A stretch of 64,000 nucleotides of DNA from an uncultured delta proteobacterium (GTDB lineage: Bacteria; Myxococcota; Myxococcia; Myxococcales; Myxococcaceae). How positions within the stretch are numbered: position 1 is the stretch's first letter; each line of letters opens with the position of its first letter. The stretch is from assembly GCA_963776345.1 (NCBI GenBank), contig CAVZMH010000016.1, forward strand, positions 800,001 through 864,000, read 5' to 3'. Under the pieces are notes generated by a model. That model was not told where the DNA came from and searched no databases. It worked only from the letters and a program-made list of their open reading frames with translations. This document shows, in pieces, positions 9,763 to 18,288 of this stretch. A program made the translations under genes and the position numbers.

Positions 9763-9923
9763 AGGAAGAGACCGCGCGCAAGGTCGCGGCGCGGCGCGGG
9801 AAGCCGGTGATCCTCCGCGTCGCCGCGGCGAAGATGCACGCCGCGGGGTTGGTGTTCTTTCGCTCCGAGAACGGGGTGTGGCTGACCGACGCGGTGCCGG
9901 CCGAGTTCCTCGCCTTCCCGTGA
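9763..9923 (+). pseudogene. kptA: C-terminal remnant of RNA 2'-phosphotransferase (KptA/Tpt1)
   Basis: ETARKVAARRGKPVILRVAAAKMHAAGLVFFRSENGVWLTDAVPAEFL matches the KptA C-terminus; the upstream three quarters are missing. Confidence 0.8.
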
Positions 9924-9929
9924 GCCCAC

Positions 9930-10436
9930 TCACCCGCGCAGGGTGAGCAGCGCCTCGAGCTGGTCGAGCGTCTCGCTCATGTCGCCGCTGGTGCTTCCGG
10001 AGGCGATCGCCTCGTCGAGCGCGGCCTTCGAGGGATAGCGATCGGTCAGCACCAGCAGCGTCTTGCCGCCCTTCTCCTCGAAGGTCACGGTGGTGACCGC
10101 CCCGTATTCACCGCCCTCTTCGTTGGTCCAGGAGAGGCGCGAGTGCGGCTTCACCTCGAGGTAGCGGCCGAAGAACTCGTTCGGCGACGAGGCCGGACCG
10201 AACACCAGCTTGTACCTGCCTCCCACCCGAACGTCGGTCTCGCAGGAGAGGAGCACGATGCCCAACGACTTCGGGACCCACCACTGCTGGAACAGCTCGG
10301 CCTTGGTGAACGCCTCGAACACCAGGCGCGCCGGAGCGTTGACCGTTCGGGTGACCACGAGCTCGCGCTCGGACTTCCGTTCGGCGGTGGTGAGGTTCTT
10401 CACGGGGGCGGGCTCACTCTCTCTTCTTGCGTCCAT
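9930..10436 (-). CDS. SRPBCC (AHSA1-like START) family protein
   Basis: ERELVVTRTVNAPARLVFEAFT..WW.P..DVRVGGRY..FFGRYLEV..TVTFEE. Confidence 0.9.
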   Translation of the reverse strand: MDARRESEPAPVKNLTTAERKSERELVVTRTVNAPARLVFEAFTKAELFQQWWVPKSLGIVLLSCETDVRVGGRYKLVFGPASSPNEFFGRYLEVKPHSRLSWTNEEGGEYGAVTTVTFEEKGGKTLLVLTDRYPSKAALDEAIASGSTSGDMSETLDQLEALLTLRG

Positions 10437-10779
10437 TGAACTTCTCCTTGGTTTTGAGCTCTTCGACAACCTTGTCCAGCTCGTCGAAACGTGCGGCCCA
10501 GAGCTGGCGGTGGGCCTCGATCCAGGCGGTCTCCTCTTCCAGCCGACGCGGACCGAGCTTGCAGGTGCGCACCCGTCCGATCTTCTCGGTGGCGACCAGC
10601 CCCGCCTGCTCCAGGACCCCGACGTGCTTCTTCATCCCGGTGAGGGTCATCTGGAACTTGTCGGCCAGCTCGGTGATCGACGCGTCACCGCGCCCGAGCT
10701 GCGCGAGGACGCCGCGCCGGGTGGCGTCGGCGAGCGCGGAGAACGAGGCGTCGAGGCGGGCGTTGAGAGACTGAGCCAT
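10414..10779 (-). CDS. ArsR/SmtB family transcriptional regulator
   Basis: FSALADATRRGVLAQL..ELA..KHVGVLEQAGLV..K.GRVRTC; typical ArsR-SRPBCC pair. Confidence 0.92.
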   Translation of the reverse strand: MAQSLNARLDASFSALADATRRGVLAQLGRGDASITELADKFQMTLTGMKKHVGVLEQAGLVATEKIGRVRTCKLGPRRLEEETAWIEAHRQLWAARFDELDKVVEELKTKEKFNGRKKRE

Positions 10780-10789
10780 GTGGTTCAGT
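10770..10789. promoter_or_regulatory. Palindromic operator overlapping the arsR start codon
   Basis: ACTGAGCCA-TG-TGGTTCAGT, a 9-2-9 inverted repeat with one mismatch. Confidence 0.65.
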
Positions 10790-10980
10790 ATTAGCGCGCC
10801 CCCTCACCGCGCGCAAGGGCAGGACGCAAACGCACGCAGCCGCGCTTGGCCTGAGCGCGAGAGTGCTCAGCCGGTCATGCTCAAGACGGGGTTCGTGCAG
10901 CGGGTACGCCGTGTTGCGCGGCGAGAAGGCTCCCGACGACGCCCTGGCCCGCGAGCTGGGCGCGATGGGGCTGCTCTGAG

Positions 10981-11532
10981 TCAGCGCGCGCGCCGGTAGT
11001 GCATGGCGACCGCGCCGCTGCGGAGCGGCTTCGCCGAGACCAGCTCGAGCCGTCGCGTGCTGGGCAGCCCGCTCTGGTACAGGGTCGGGCCGTGGCCGGC
11101 GATCCTGGGGTGGACGAGGAACTTGTACTCGTCGATCACCAGCATCCAGCCGGTCCAGCTCGGTCGCGAGCTTGCCGCTACCGAGGAGCACGCCGGCCGG
11201 GGTCGCGTCCTTGAGCTTCTGCACGCCCGTGCGCAGGTCGCCGGCGATGTGGTGGCTGTTGGTCCACGGGAAGTCCTTTCGCGTCGACGACACCACGTAC
11301 TTCGGCTTTGCCTCCAGCTTGACCGCCCACTCGCGCATCGCCGGCGGCGCCTCCTCGTCGCCGCGGGCGACCGCCGGCCAGTAGCTCTCCATCATCTGCG
11401 GCCCCACAGCATCGCCCCGCCCTCGTCCATGAGGCGGGTGAAGAACGCGTGTGTCTCGTCGTCGGCGATTCCCTCCCGGTGGTCGACGCAGCGGTCCAGG
11501 GTGACGTTGATGCTGAAGGTCAAGAGTCCCAT
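10981..11532 (-). pseudogene. Dihydrofolate reductase/RibD C-terminal family protein with two frameshifts (~11400, ~11145)
   Basis: MGLLTFSINVTLDRCVDH..AMLWG, then a deletion in the RxTYE motif, MMESYWP..PKYVVSST..LLGSGKLA, then a shift to IDEYKFLVHPRIAGHGPTLY..HYRRAR stop. Confidence 0.8.
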
Positions 11533-11857
11533 GCGGCGAGTCTAAGCCATACAATCGCTCGCGGATGTCCTGGCGCCTGTGCTTGTCGGTCGAGACGATC
11601 CTCCGCCTGACCCCGGCGGAGCTGGGCTCGACCGTCTTCTCGATCGCCGGGTTGTGCGCCGCCCACGCGTGCCTGCGCCACGATCGCGTTCAACCACCGA
11701 TGCTCGGACGGTTACTCTTTCCCAACTATTCGGTTCCGGAGAACGGACAGAGAATCGAAATGCACTTGACCTGCCCGGGAAGGTTCGGACCACCTGAAGC
11801 GTAAGAGCATGCGCCACCGGCAGCCGACGGAGAGGCGATGACCAGGAGCAGAGAGCG

Positions 11858-13060
11858 TCAGCGAACGAGCATCTCGTGCTCTCCCCTCGTCGGCGCCTCG
11901 GTCTCCGGGCTCCAGTCGATGGTGGCCATCAGCTTCTTCTTCCGCCGCGCGACGTCCCGGTCGAGGAAGGCGACGGCCTCCTCCATCCGGTCCATCAGGC
12001 GCATCGGGGTCCGGCGCGCGCCCGTGGAGAACAGGGCGTGGGTCAGCCAGGGGAACACCGCGGTCACGTCGGTGTGCACGTAGACCGAGCCGGACTCCAC
12101 CGCCTCCACCGAGACCTTGCCCCAGGTGTGGCCCTCCCCCGCCGGACAGCTGGAGAGCGCGCCGTTGTCCACCGGGTCCACGCAGAACTGGAGATCGATG
12201 TCGAAGCCGGTGGTGGGGACGGAGAGGATCTGGTCGAGCAGCGGCTCGCCCTGGAGGGTGTAGTTCTTCGGCACGCCGCCCCCGAGGATCCAGATCGCCA
12301 GCTTCTCGCTCCCGCGGTGCCGGCAGAAGTGCTGCATCGCCGCCATGGAGTAGACGTCGTCGTTGATGTCCAGCTCGAACTTGAACTCGGGCCCCAGCAG
12401 CCGCTTCAGCTTCACCACGTTGAGGAAGATGCTCCCGTCCTGCACCGCGCCCACCCAGATGGGCACCGCGTGCTTGTAGGCGGTGGCGAGGAGCGAGGGC
12501 TGCTTCACCCCCAGCGAGCGCTCGATGCCGTGCACCGCCTTGCCCAGGAGGTAGTGGAACTCGGGGGTGGTCATCTTCCGCTGGAACTCGGGACGGCGGA
12601 TGACCGCGCTGAAGAGCCGGTCGGTGTCGAGCAGCGCCTCCTCCCAGAAGCCCAGGTCGTAGATGCGGATGATGCGGGCCAGCCGCATCTGGAGGTCGCC
12701 GGCGTTGGGGTTCACCTCGCGGATGGCGTGCCCGATGATGCGGTGGGCGTCGTGGTACAGGTTCGCGCCGGTGGTGGTCATCGCGCTGACGATGCCCCGC
12801 TCGATGAGGGGGATGAGGCAGCTCTGGTGCAGCCCCGCCGGGGTCATCGCGCCGGAGAGGGTGAGGAAGATGCTGCAGTCCTCGGCCACGCTCCGCTGCA
12901 TCAGCTCGAAGGCCGTCCGTTCCTGCCGCCCCACGTAGGCCCCGAAGGCGTGGGCGAGGAGCTCCGACGGCTTCTCCCGTCCAGTGATGGGCCGGGGATC
13001 GACGCTGCGGGACTTGGCGTAGGCGGCACGCAGGCCGCGGCGCTGGGAGGGCTTGGGCAT
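11858..13060 (-). CDS. Deoxyhypusine synthase-like protein (bacterial DHS/homospermidine synthase-like)
   Basis: LTLSGAM, TTTGANLYHD, ILGGGVPKNY, GALSSCPAGEGHTWGKV (catalytic Lys of the WGK motif retained). Confidence 0.9.
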   Translation of the reverse strand: MPKPSQRRGLRAAYAKSRSVDPRPITGREKPSELLAHAFGAYVGRQERTAFELMQRSVAEDCSIFLTLSGAMTPAGLHQSCLIPLIERGIVSAMTTTGANLYHDAHRIIGHAIREVNPNAGDLQMRLARIIRIYDLGFWEEALLDTDRLFSAVIRRPEFQRKMTTPEFHYLLGKAVHGIERSLGVKQPSLLATAYKHAVPIWVGAVQDGSIFLNVVKLKRLLGPEFKFELDINDDVYSMAAMQHFCRHRGSEKLAIWILGGGVPKNYTLQGEPLLDQILSVPTTGFDIDLQFCVDPVDNGALSSCPAGEGHTWGKVSVEAVESGSVYVHTDVTAVFPWLTHALFSTGARRTPMRLMDRMEEAVAFLDRDVARRKKKLMATIDWSPETEAPTRGEHEMLVR

Positions 13061-13141
13061 GGCGGGGCCGACTATCACGAATGGCTTTGCTCCGGAGGGG
13101 CGGATACGGAAGCATCCCCGGCCTTCCAGGGAGGGCGGGAC

Positions 13142-14455
13142 ATGCCGAGCCGTCGAGGGTGGGTGGTGGTGCTGTCACTGGTCTGTGGCGCGGCGCGGGC
13201 GGCCGCCCCGGCTCCGGCCCCGGCTCCGGTGACCGTCATCCGGGCGGGGGTGCTGATCGACGGGGTGTCGGGCTCTCCGAGGACGAACCAGGTCATCGTC
13301 ATCCGGGGGAACCGGATCGAGAGCGTGGGCGGCGGAGGAGTCCCCGCCGGCGCGAAGGTGATCGACCTCTCCGGGGCGACGGTGCTTCCCGGGCTCATCG
13401 ACTCGCACACCCACGTCCTGCTGCACGGCGAGGAGGCGGCGGAGGGCGGCTACGACGCCCAGCTGCTCAAGGAGCCCATCGCCTACCGCGCCGCCCGGGC
13501 CACCGTCGCGGTGCGCCGGGCGCTGGAGCAGGGCTTCACCACCATCCGTGACATCGACACCGAGGGCGCAGGCTACGGCGACGTGGGCATCAAGCGGGCG
13601 ATCGAGGAGGGCATCATCCCCGGCCCCCGGATGTTCGTCGCCACCCGCGGCATCTCCAGCACCGGCGGCTACCCGCTCGAGGACTACGCGCCGGAGGTGG
13701 CCGTGCCCAAGGGCGTGCAGATCGCCGACGGCCCCGTGGAGGCGCGCAAGGCGGCCCGCGAGCAGCTCGACCACGGCGCGGACTGGGTCAAGGTCTACAT
13801 GACCCACCGCTCGTGGGTGGACGCCGGAGGGAACCTCTTCTCCCAGCCGACCTTCACCGTCGAGGAGCTGAAGGCCATCGTGGACGAGGTGCACGGCTGG
13901 GGGAAGAAGGTCGCCTGCCACGCCTACGGGGGCATCGGGCTGAAGCGCGCGCTCGACGGCGGCTGTGACTCGATCGAGCACGGCCTGGAGCTGGACGACG
14001 CGGCCGTGGCGCAGATGGTGAAGCAGGGCACCTGGCTCTGCCCGACGATCGCGGCCTACTACCACGCGTGGGAGCCCGAGGGGACGCCGGGCGGCAAGCG
14101 CGACCGGAAGCGCGTCGAGGTGCACGGGCCGTCGTTCCGCCGGGCGGTGAAGGCCGGGGTGAAGATCGCCTTCGGGAGCGACACCGGCGGCTTCTCCTGG
14201 AGCGAGCCGATGGCCCAGGAGTTCCCGCGGATGGTCGAGTTCGGGATGACGCCGATGGGCGCCATCCAGGCCGCGACCTCGCGGGCGTCCGAGCTGCTGG
14301 GGATGAAGGGACAGATCGGCGTCGTGGCGCCCGGCGCCTACGCGGACCTCATCGCGGTGACCGGCGATCCGCTGAAGGACGTGCGGGTCCTGGAGAAGGT
14401 CGGCTTCGTGATGAAGGACGGGAAGGTCTTCAAGGAGATGCCGGCCTCCCGCTGA
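13142..14455 (+). CDS. Secreted amidohydrolase family protein (Xaa-Pro dipeptidase-like)
   Basis: Signal peptide; PGLIDSHTH, GFTTIRD, GADWVK, ACHAYG, SIEHG, FGSDTG, GAYADLIAV. Confidence 0.92.
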   Translation: MPSRRGWVVVLSLVCGAARAAAPAPAPAPVTVIRAGVLIDGVSGSPRTNQVIVIRGNRIESVGGGGVPAGAKVIDLSGATVLPGLIDSHTHVLLHGEEAAEGGYDAQLLKEPIAYRAARATVAVRRALEQGFTTIRDIDTEGAGYGDVGIKRAIEEGIIPGPRMFVATRGISSTGGYPLEDYAPEVAVPKGVQIADGPVEARKAAREQLDHGADWVKVYMTHRSWVDAGGNLFSQPTFTVEELKAIVDEVHGWGKKVACHAYGGIGLKRALDGGCDSIEHGLELDDAAVAQMVKQGTWLCPTIAAYYHAWEPEGTPGGKRDRKRVEVHGPSFRRAVKAGVKIAFGSDTGGFSWSEPMAQEFPRMVEFGMTPMGAIQAATSRASELLGMKGQIGVVAPGAYADLIAVTGDPLKDVRVLEKVGFVMKDGKVFKEMPASR

Positions 14456-14513
14456 ACGGCATCCAGGAGAGCCGCTCGCTTCCCGAGCGCAGGGCCGAGG
14501 AAAGAAAGGAAAC

Positions 14514-14546
14514 TCACCTGTCTATTTCGGGGAAATAGTCAGGTGA
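14514..14546. repeat. AT-rich hairpin between convergent genes (REP-like or bidirectional terminator)
   Basis: TCACCTG-T-CTATTTC-GGG-GAAATAG-T-CAGGTGA. Confidence 0.55.
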
Positions 14547-14708
14547 CTTGCCTGACCATCCGGCCCCTTGTCCCGGCGCACCCCAGGAGCGCCAGAGGTC
14601 GAGGGGGGCCGCCCGCTCCTGCCCGGGGGCCGGACACCGGAGCCCCGATGTCCTCGGGGCCGGGAGCGAGCGTCCTCCGACCTCGCGTGTCGGAGCTCGC
14701 CTCGGCGC

Positions 14709-15035
14709 TCAGGGCAGTGGTCGCGTCATGCGGCCCCGCGGCCCGATCCGCTTCCGGATCTCCTTCGGCACCCGCTGGAGGAGCTCGCGGTGATCGCGCA
14801 GACCCACGCACTCGCGCTGGACCAGGAGCATCCACAGCCGCTCGGCGGTGAGGTCGCGGAGCTCGAGGCGCCGGGCGAGCTGCCCCTCGATCGACGGGAG
14901 CGCGGGAAGCTCTCCGGCCTCGTGCGCCTGCCACGCCTCGAGCGCCTTCTCGAACAGGTCCGCGATGCGCATCAGGGCGGAGGCGCGCTCGGCCTGGAGG
15001 TCGCGCTCCAGCGCCTGCATCGGGTCCCGGCTCAT
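14709..15035 (-). CDS. Hypothetical helical protein (DUF6665-like)
   Basis: LQAERASAL..LWMLLVQRECVGLRDH; lies 10 nt downstream of the rrf2 stop. Confidence 0.7.
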   Translation of the reverse strand: MSRDPMQALERDLQAERASALMRIADLFEKALEAWQAHEAGELPALPSIEGQLARRLELRDLTAERLWMLLVQRECVGLRDHRELLQRVPKEIRKRIGPRGRMTRPLP

Positions 15036-15045
15036 CGGAACAGCC

Positions 15046-15516
15046 CTACGCGCCCGCCGCCGCGGCCGGAGGAGGCACCACCGTCAGCTCGGGCGCCTTC
15101 AGCTCGGCCATGGCCAGCTGGTCGAGCGTGGCGGCCCGGTAGACGTCGAGCATCTTCTCCTGCCCGCGCTTCCAGACGCCGTAGAGCGTGCAGCCGCGCG
15201 ACAGCCGGCAGGCGTCGTGACCGTCCTGGCAGAGGTTGACCACCACCGGGCCCTCGACCGCCTCGATGACCTCGAGGAAGGAGATCTCCCGCGCCGGCCG
15301 GCCGAGCCGATATCCGCCCCGGGCGCCGCGGGTGCTCAACGCCAGCTCGCGGGTGACGAGCTGCTTGAGGATCTTGGCCAGGAAGTCCTGGGGGACGTTC
15401 ATCCGCCGGGCGATCTCCCGGAACGGCATCACCCGGCCCTCCGGCTGGGCGGCCAGGCACACCATGGCCCGGAGCCCGTACTCGATGCGGCGGGAGATCT
15501 GGAGGGGGTGCTGCAT
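15046..15516 (-). CDS. Rrf2 family regulator (IscR-like, three Cys)
   Basis: EYGLRAM..FLAKILKQL..STRGARGGYRL..ISFLEVIEAVEGP..CQDGHDACRLSRGC. Confidence 0.93.
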   Translation of the reverse strand: MQHPLQISRRIEYGLRAMVCLAAQPEGRVMPFREIARRMNVPQDFLAKILKQLVTRELALSTRGARGGYRLGRPAREISFLEVIEAVEGPVVVNLCQDGHDACRLSRGCTLYGVWKRGQEKMLDVYRAATLDQLAMAELKAPELTVVPPPAAAAGA

Positions 15517-15550
15517 GGCGAATCTGCTTGAGAATTCGAGCAGTTGAGGG

Positions 15551-15579
15551 ATTATAGGCCCCGGCGGTCCACATTTCAA
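15551..15579 (-). promoter_or_regulatory. sigma70 promoter of rrf2
   Basis: TTGAAA-N17-TATAAT on the minus strand, 35 nt upstream of ATG 15516. Confidence 0.8.
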
Positions 15580-15601
15580 CGCGCCGGGCCGCCGCCTGGC
15601 G

Positions 15602-16426
15602 ATGATCGACCTGCATTCGCACACCACGGCCAGCGACGGCGAGCTCTCCCCGGAGGACCTGCTGGCCCGCGCCCGCGCGGCCGGGGTGACCACGCTGGCG
15701 GTCACCGACCACGACACGGTGAAGGGCCTGGCCCGCGCACAGGCCGCCGCCGATGCCCAGGGCATCCGGCTGGTCCCGGGCATCGAGGTCTCGACCGAGG
15801 CCGACGGCCGGGAGATGCATGTCCTCGGCCACTTCGTCGATCCGACGGAGCCCGGCCTCGCCAGCTACTCCCACCGGCTCGGGGACGAGCGCGCCGTGCG
15901 CATGGGCCGGATGGTCGAGCGGCTGAACCAGCTCGGGTTTCCCATCAGCCTCGAGGAGGTGGAGCGCATCGCCGCCGGGGCCCACCTCGGCCGCCCCCAC
16001 CTCGCGCTCGCCCTGCTCGCCCGCGGGTTCGTGACCTCGACCCGCGAGGCGTTCGACCGCTTTCTCGCCGACGGCAAGCCGGCGTACGTGGGCCGCTTCC
16101 GGCTCCCCGCCGAGGACGCCATCGCCATGCTCCACCGCGCGGGCGGGACGGCGACCGTGGCCCACCCGGGCTCCAGCAAGGTCTCGAGCTACACGCTGGA
16201 GCGCCTGGCGAAGGCCGGCCTCGACGGTCTGGAGATCTTCCACCCCGACCACGTGCCGAGCCAGCGCGACGCCTTCCTCCGCCAGGCGGACGCGCTGGGC
16301 CTCGTGCCCACCGCCGGCAGCGACTACCACGGCCCGCGGGTGACGCCCGACCGCTCTCTGGGGATGGTGTCGCTCGATCCCTCACTCCTTGCACGCCTGG
16401 AGGCACGGGCCGCTTCCCGGCGTTGA
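15602..16426 (+). CDS. PHP domain phosphoesterase (YciV/TrpH-like)
   Basis: DLHSHTTASDG, TDHD, GIEVS, HVLG, GRPH, AHP, GSDYHG. Confidence 0.95.
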   Translation: MIDLHSHTTASDGELSPEDLLARARAAGVTTLAVTDHDTVKGLARAQAAADAQGIRLVPGIEVSTEADGREMHVLGHFVDPTEPGLASYSHRLGDERAVRMGRMVERLNQLGFPISLEEVERIAAGAHLGRPHLALALLARGFVTSTREAFDRFLADGKPAYVGRFRLPAEDAIAMLHRAGGTATVAHPGSSKVSSYTLERLAKAGLDGLEIFHPDHVPSQRDAFLRQADALGLVPTAGSDYHGPRVTPDRSLGMVSLDPSLLARLEARAASRR

Positions 16427-16464
16427 CACTCCCGGGTGCCCCGTCGTTCTATGCGCCCGCCCCG

Positions 16465-16842
16465 ATGACCCCCACCGACGCACTCTCCCCGTATGGACCG
16501 CTGCTGGCGGTGTTGCTCCTCGCCGGCGGCCTGGGCACCCTGGTGAGCTTCATGTCCGCGCTCCTCGGCCCGCGGCGCCCCTCGGCCGTCAAGTCGACGG
16601 TGTTCGAGGCGGGGAGCGAGCCGTCGCCGGGCACCGCCCGGCAGCGCTTCGCGGTGAAGTTCTACGTGGTCGCCCTGCTCTTCATCGTCTTCGACGTGGA
16701 GACGGTGTTCCTCTACCCCTGGGCGGTGAACTTCAAGGCACTGGGCTGGTTCGGCTACATGGAGATGCTGGTCTTCGCCGTCACGCTGGTCATCGGTCTG
16801 GCCTACGTGTGGAAGAAGGGCGCGCTGGACTGGGAGAGCTAG
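16465..16842 (+). CDS. nuoA: NADH-quinone oxidoreductase subunit A
   Basis: FEAG..VKFYVVALLFIVFDVE.VFLYPWA..YVWKKGALDW. Confidence 0.97.
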   Translation: MTPTDALSPYGPLLAVLLLAGGLGTLVSFMSALLGPRRPSAVKSTVFEAGSEPSPGTARQRFAVKFYVVALLFIVFDVETVFLYPWAVNFKALGWFGYMEMLVFAVTLVIGLAYVWKKGALDWES

Positions 16843-16850
16843 AGAGGACC

Positions 16851-17438
16851 ATGGCCGACGTCGAGATCACCCCAGCGATCACCACCCGTCGCGACGACGC
16901 GATGGGCTTCCTCGAGCGCATGGTCAGCAAGGGACTGGGCTGGGCACGGAAGTACTCGCTCTTCACCTATCCCTTCGCCACCGCCTGCTGCGGCATGGAG
17001 TACATGTCGGTGGCGGCGAGCCGGTACGACATCGCGCGCTTCGGCGCCGAGTTCCCCCGCTTCTCGCCCCGCCAGGCGGACATGCTGATGGTGGTGGGGA
17101 CCATCAACCTCAAGCAGGCGCCGATCCTCAAGCGCGTCTACGAGCAGATGGCCGATCCGAAGTGGGTGGTCAGCTTCGGGGTGTGCGCGTCGTCGGGCGG
17201 CTTCTACGACAACTACGCGGTGCTCCAGGGCATCGACCGCATCCTCCCGGTGGACGTGTACATCCCCGGGTGCCCGCCGCGGCCGGAGCAGGTGCTCGAC
17301 GGTCTGATGCTGCTCCAGGACAAGATCCAGCGGCAGGTGCACCGCATCGGCGGCATCGGCCCGTCGGAGCCGGAGGTCGGGCTCGACCTGCTCCAGACCT
17401 ACTCGCACGAGAAGGGGCTGGGCCCGGGCAAGGCGTGA
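16851..17438 (+). CDS. nuoB: NADH-quinone oxidoreductase subunit B
   Basis: TACCGME, SPRQAD, FGVCASSGG, PGCPPRPE. Confidence 0.97.
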   Translation: MADVEITPAITTRRDDAMGFLERMVSKGLGWARKYSLFTYPFATACCGMEYMSVAASRYDIARFGAEFPRFSPRQADMLMVVGTINLKQAPILKRVYEQMADPKWVVSFGVCASSGGFYDNYAVLQGIDRILPVDVYIPGCPPRPEQVLDGLMLLQDKIQRQVHRIGGIGPSEPEVGLDLLQTYSHEKGLGPGKA

Positions 17439-18106
17439 GGGTGGCCCCGGTGGTCCGGACGGCGTCACTCCTGGCCGCTCTGGCGCTCGGGTGCGCGACC
17501 TCGACGCCGCGCTCCGAGATGCCGACCGCTCCCCCTCCTGCGGGCGCGGCGGACGCCCTGTACTGGCTGCTCCTCGGACGGTTCGACTCGGCGGACCAGG
17601 CGCGGAGCTCGCCGGGGTACGTCGCGGTGCAGGTCGTGGCCTGCCGGGCGCAGGTGTCGGGGATGGGACCGCGGGCGCTCTACGTCGAGGAGGCGCGGAT
17701 GGAGACCCCCGGCGCGCCGTCCCGGCAGCGGGTGTACGTCCTCGAGGCCCTCGAGCCGAGCGCGTCGGTCGCGATGGCGCAGGTCTTCGATCTCGAGGAC
17801 CCCGGTGCAGCGGCGGGCGCGTGCGGGCGCGCCGAGCCCCCCCGGTTCACCCGCGACGCGCTGGTGGAGCGCGTGGGCTGCGCGATGAGGCTCCGTGCGG
17901 AGGGGAGCGTCTGGCGCGGCAGCACCAGCGGGCGGGGCTGTCCGACCACGCTCGGAGGCGCGACCTACGCCGAGAGCGAGGTCATGATCGATGCGATCGG
18001 TCTCCGCTCCTGGGAACGCGGCTTCGACGCCACCGGCCGGCAGAAGTACGGCGCCGACGCCGGACCGTACGTGTTCCTGCGGCGCACGCCCCTGCCGGTG
18101 CGCTGA
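17435..18106 (+). CDS. CpcT/CpeT (DUF1001) chromophore-lyase-like lipoprotein
   Basis: GTGA overlap with nuoB; lipobox LALG-C; G.FDS..QA, LYVEEA, P.RQRVY, GC, GST.G.GC, TY..SEV, SWERGFD..G...G...GPY.F. Confidence 0.8.
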   Translation: MRVAPVVRTASLLAALALGCATSTPRSEMPTAPPPAGAADALYWLLLGRFDSADQARSSPGYVAVQVVACRAQVSGMGPRALYVEEARMETPGAPSRQRVYVLEALEPSASVAMAQVFDLEDPGAAAGACGRAEPPRFTRDALVERVGCAMRLRAEGSVWRGSTSGRGCPTTLGGATYAESEVMIDAIGLRSWERGFDATGRQKYGADAGPYVFLRRTPLPVR

Positions 18107-18288
18107 GCGCCCGGGGCGGTCGTCGCTGGCCGGGCGCCGCTCGTGACCAGTCTCGCCTGGCGGTCGCCCGGTCCGGACCCGGCGACGCCTCGGCGTGGAT
18201 TTTCGAGGGCGCCGGCCGTGCACGGTCCTTGCTGAGGCCCACCGGAACGCCGTGACCGCTCCGGTCGCAGCACCGGGGGGAGCCTCCC

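Noticed and set aside
9702..9923. Intact 73-aa gene
   Set aside because: Only the last ~50 aa are KptA-like; the N-terminus is unrelated sequence, so it is a truncated remnant.
10790..10980. c-di-GMP riboswitch (GACGCAAA seen at ~10823) or a small ORF
   Set aside because: No GGCAAAC/GNRA-receptor architecture around it and no recognisable protein motif.
11542..11850. Short ORFs upstream of the DHFR-like gene
   Set aside because: No RBS, motif or codon pattern to support them; probably degraded DNA.
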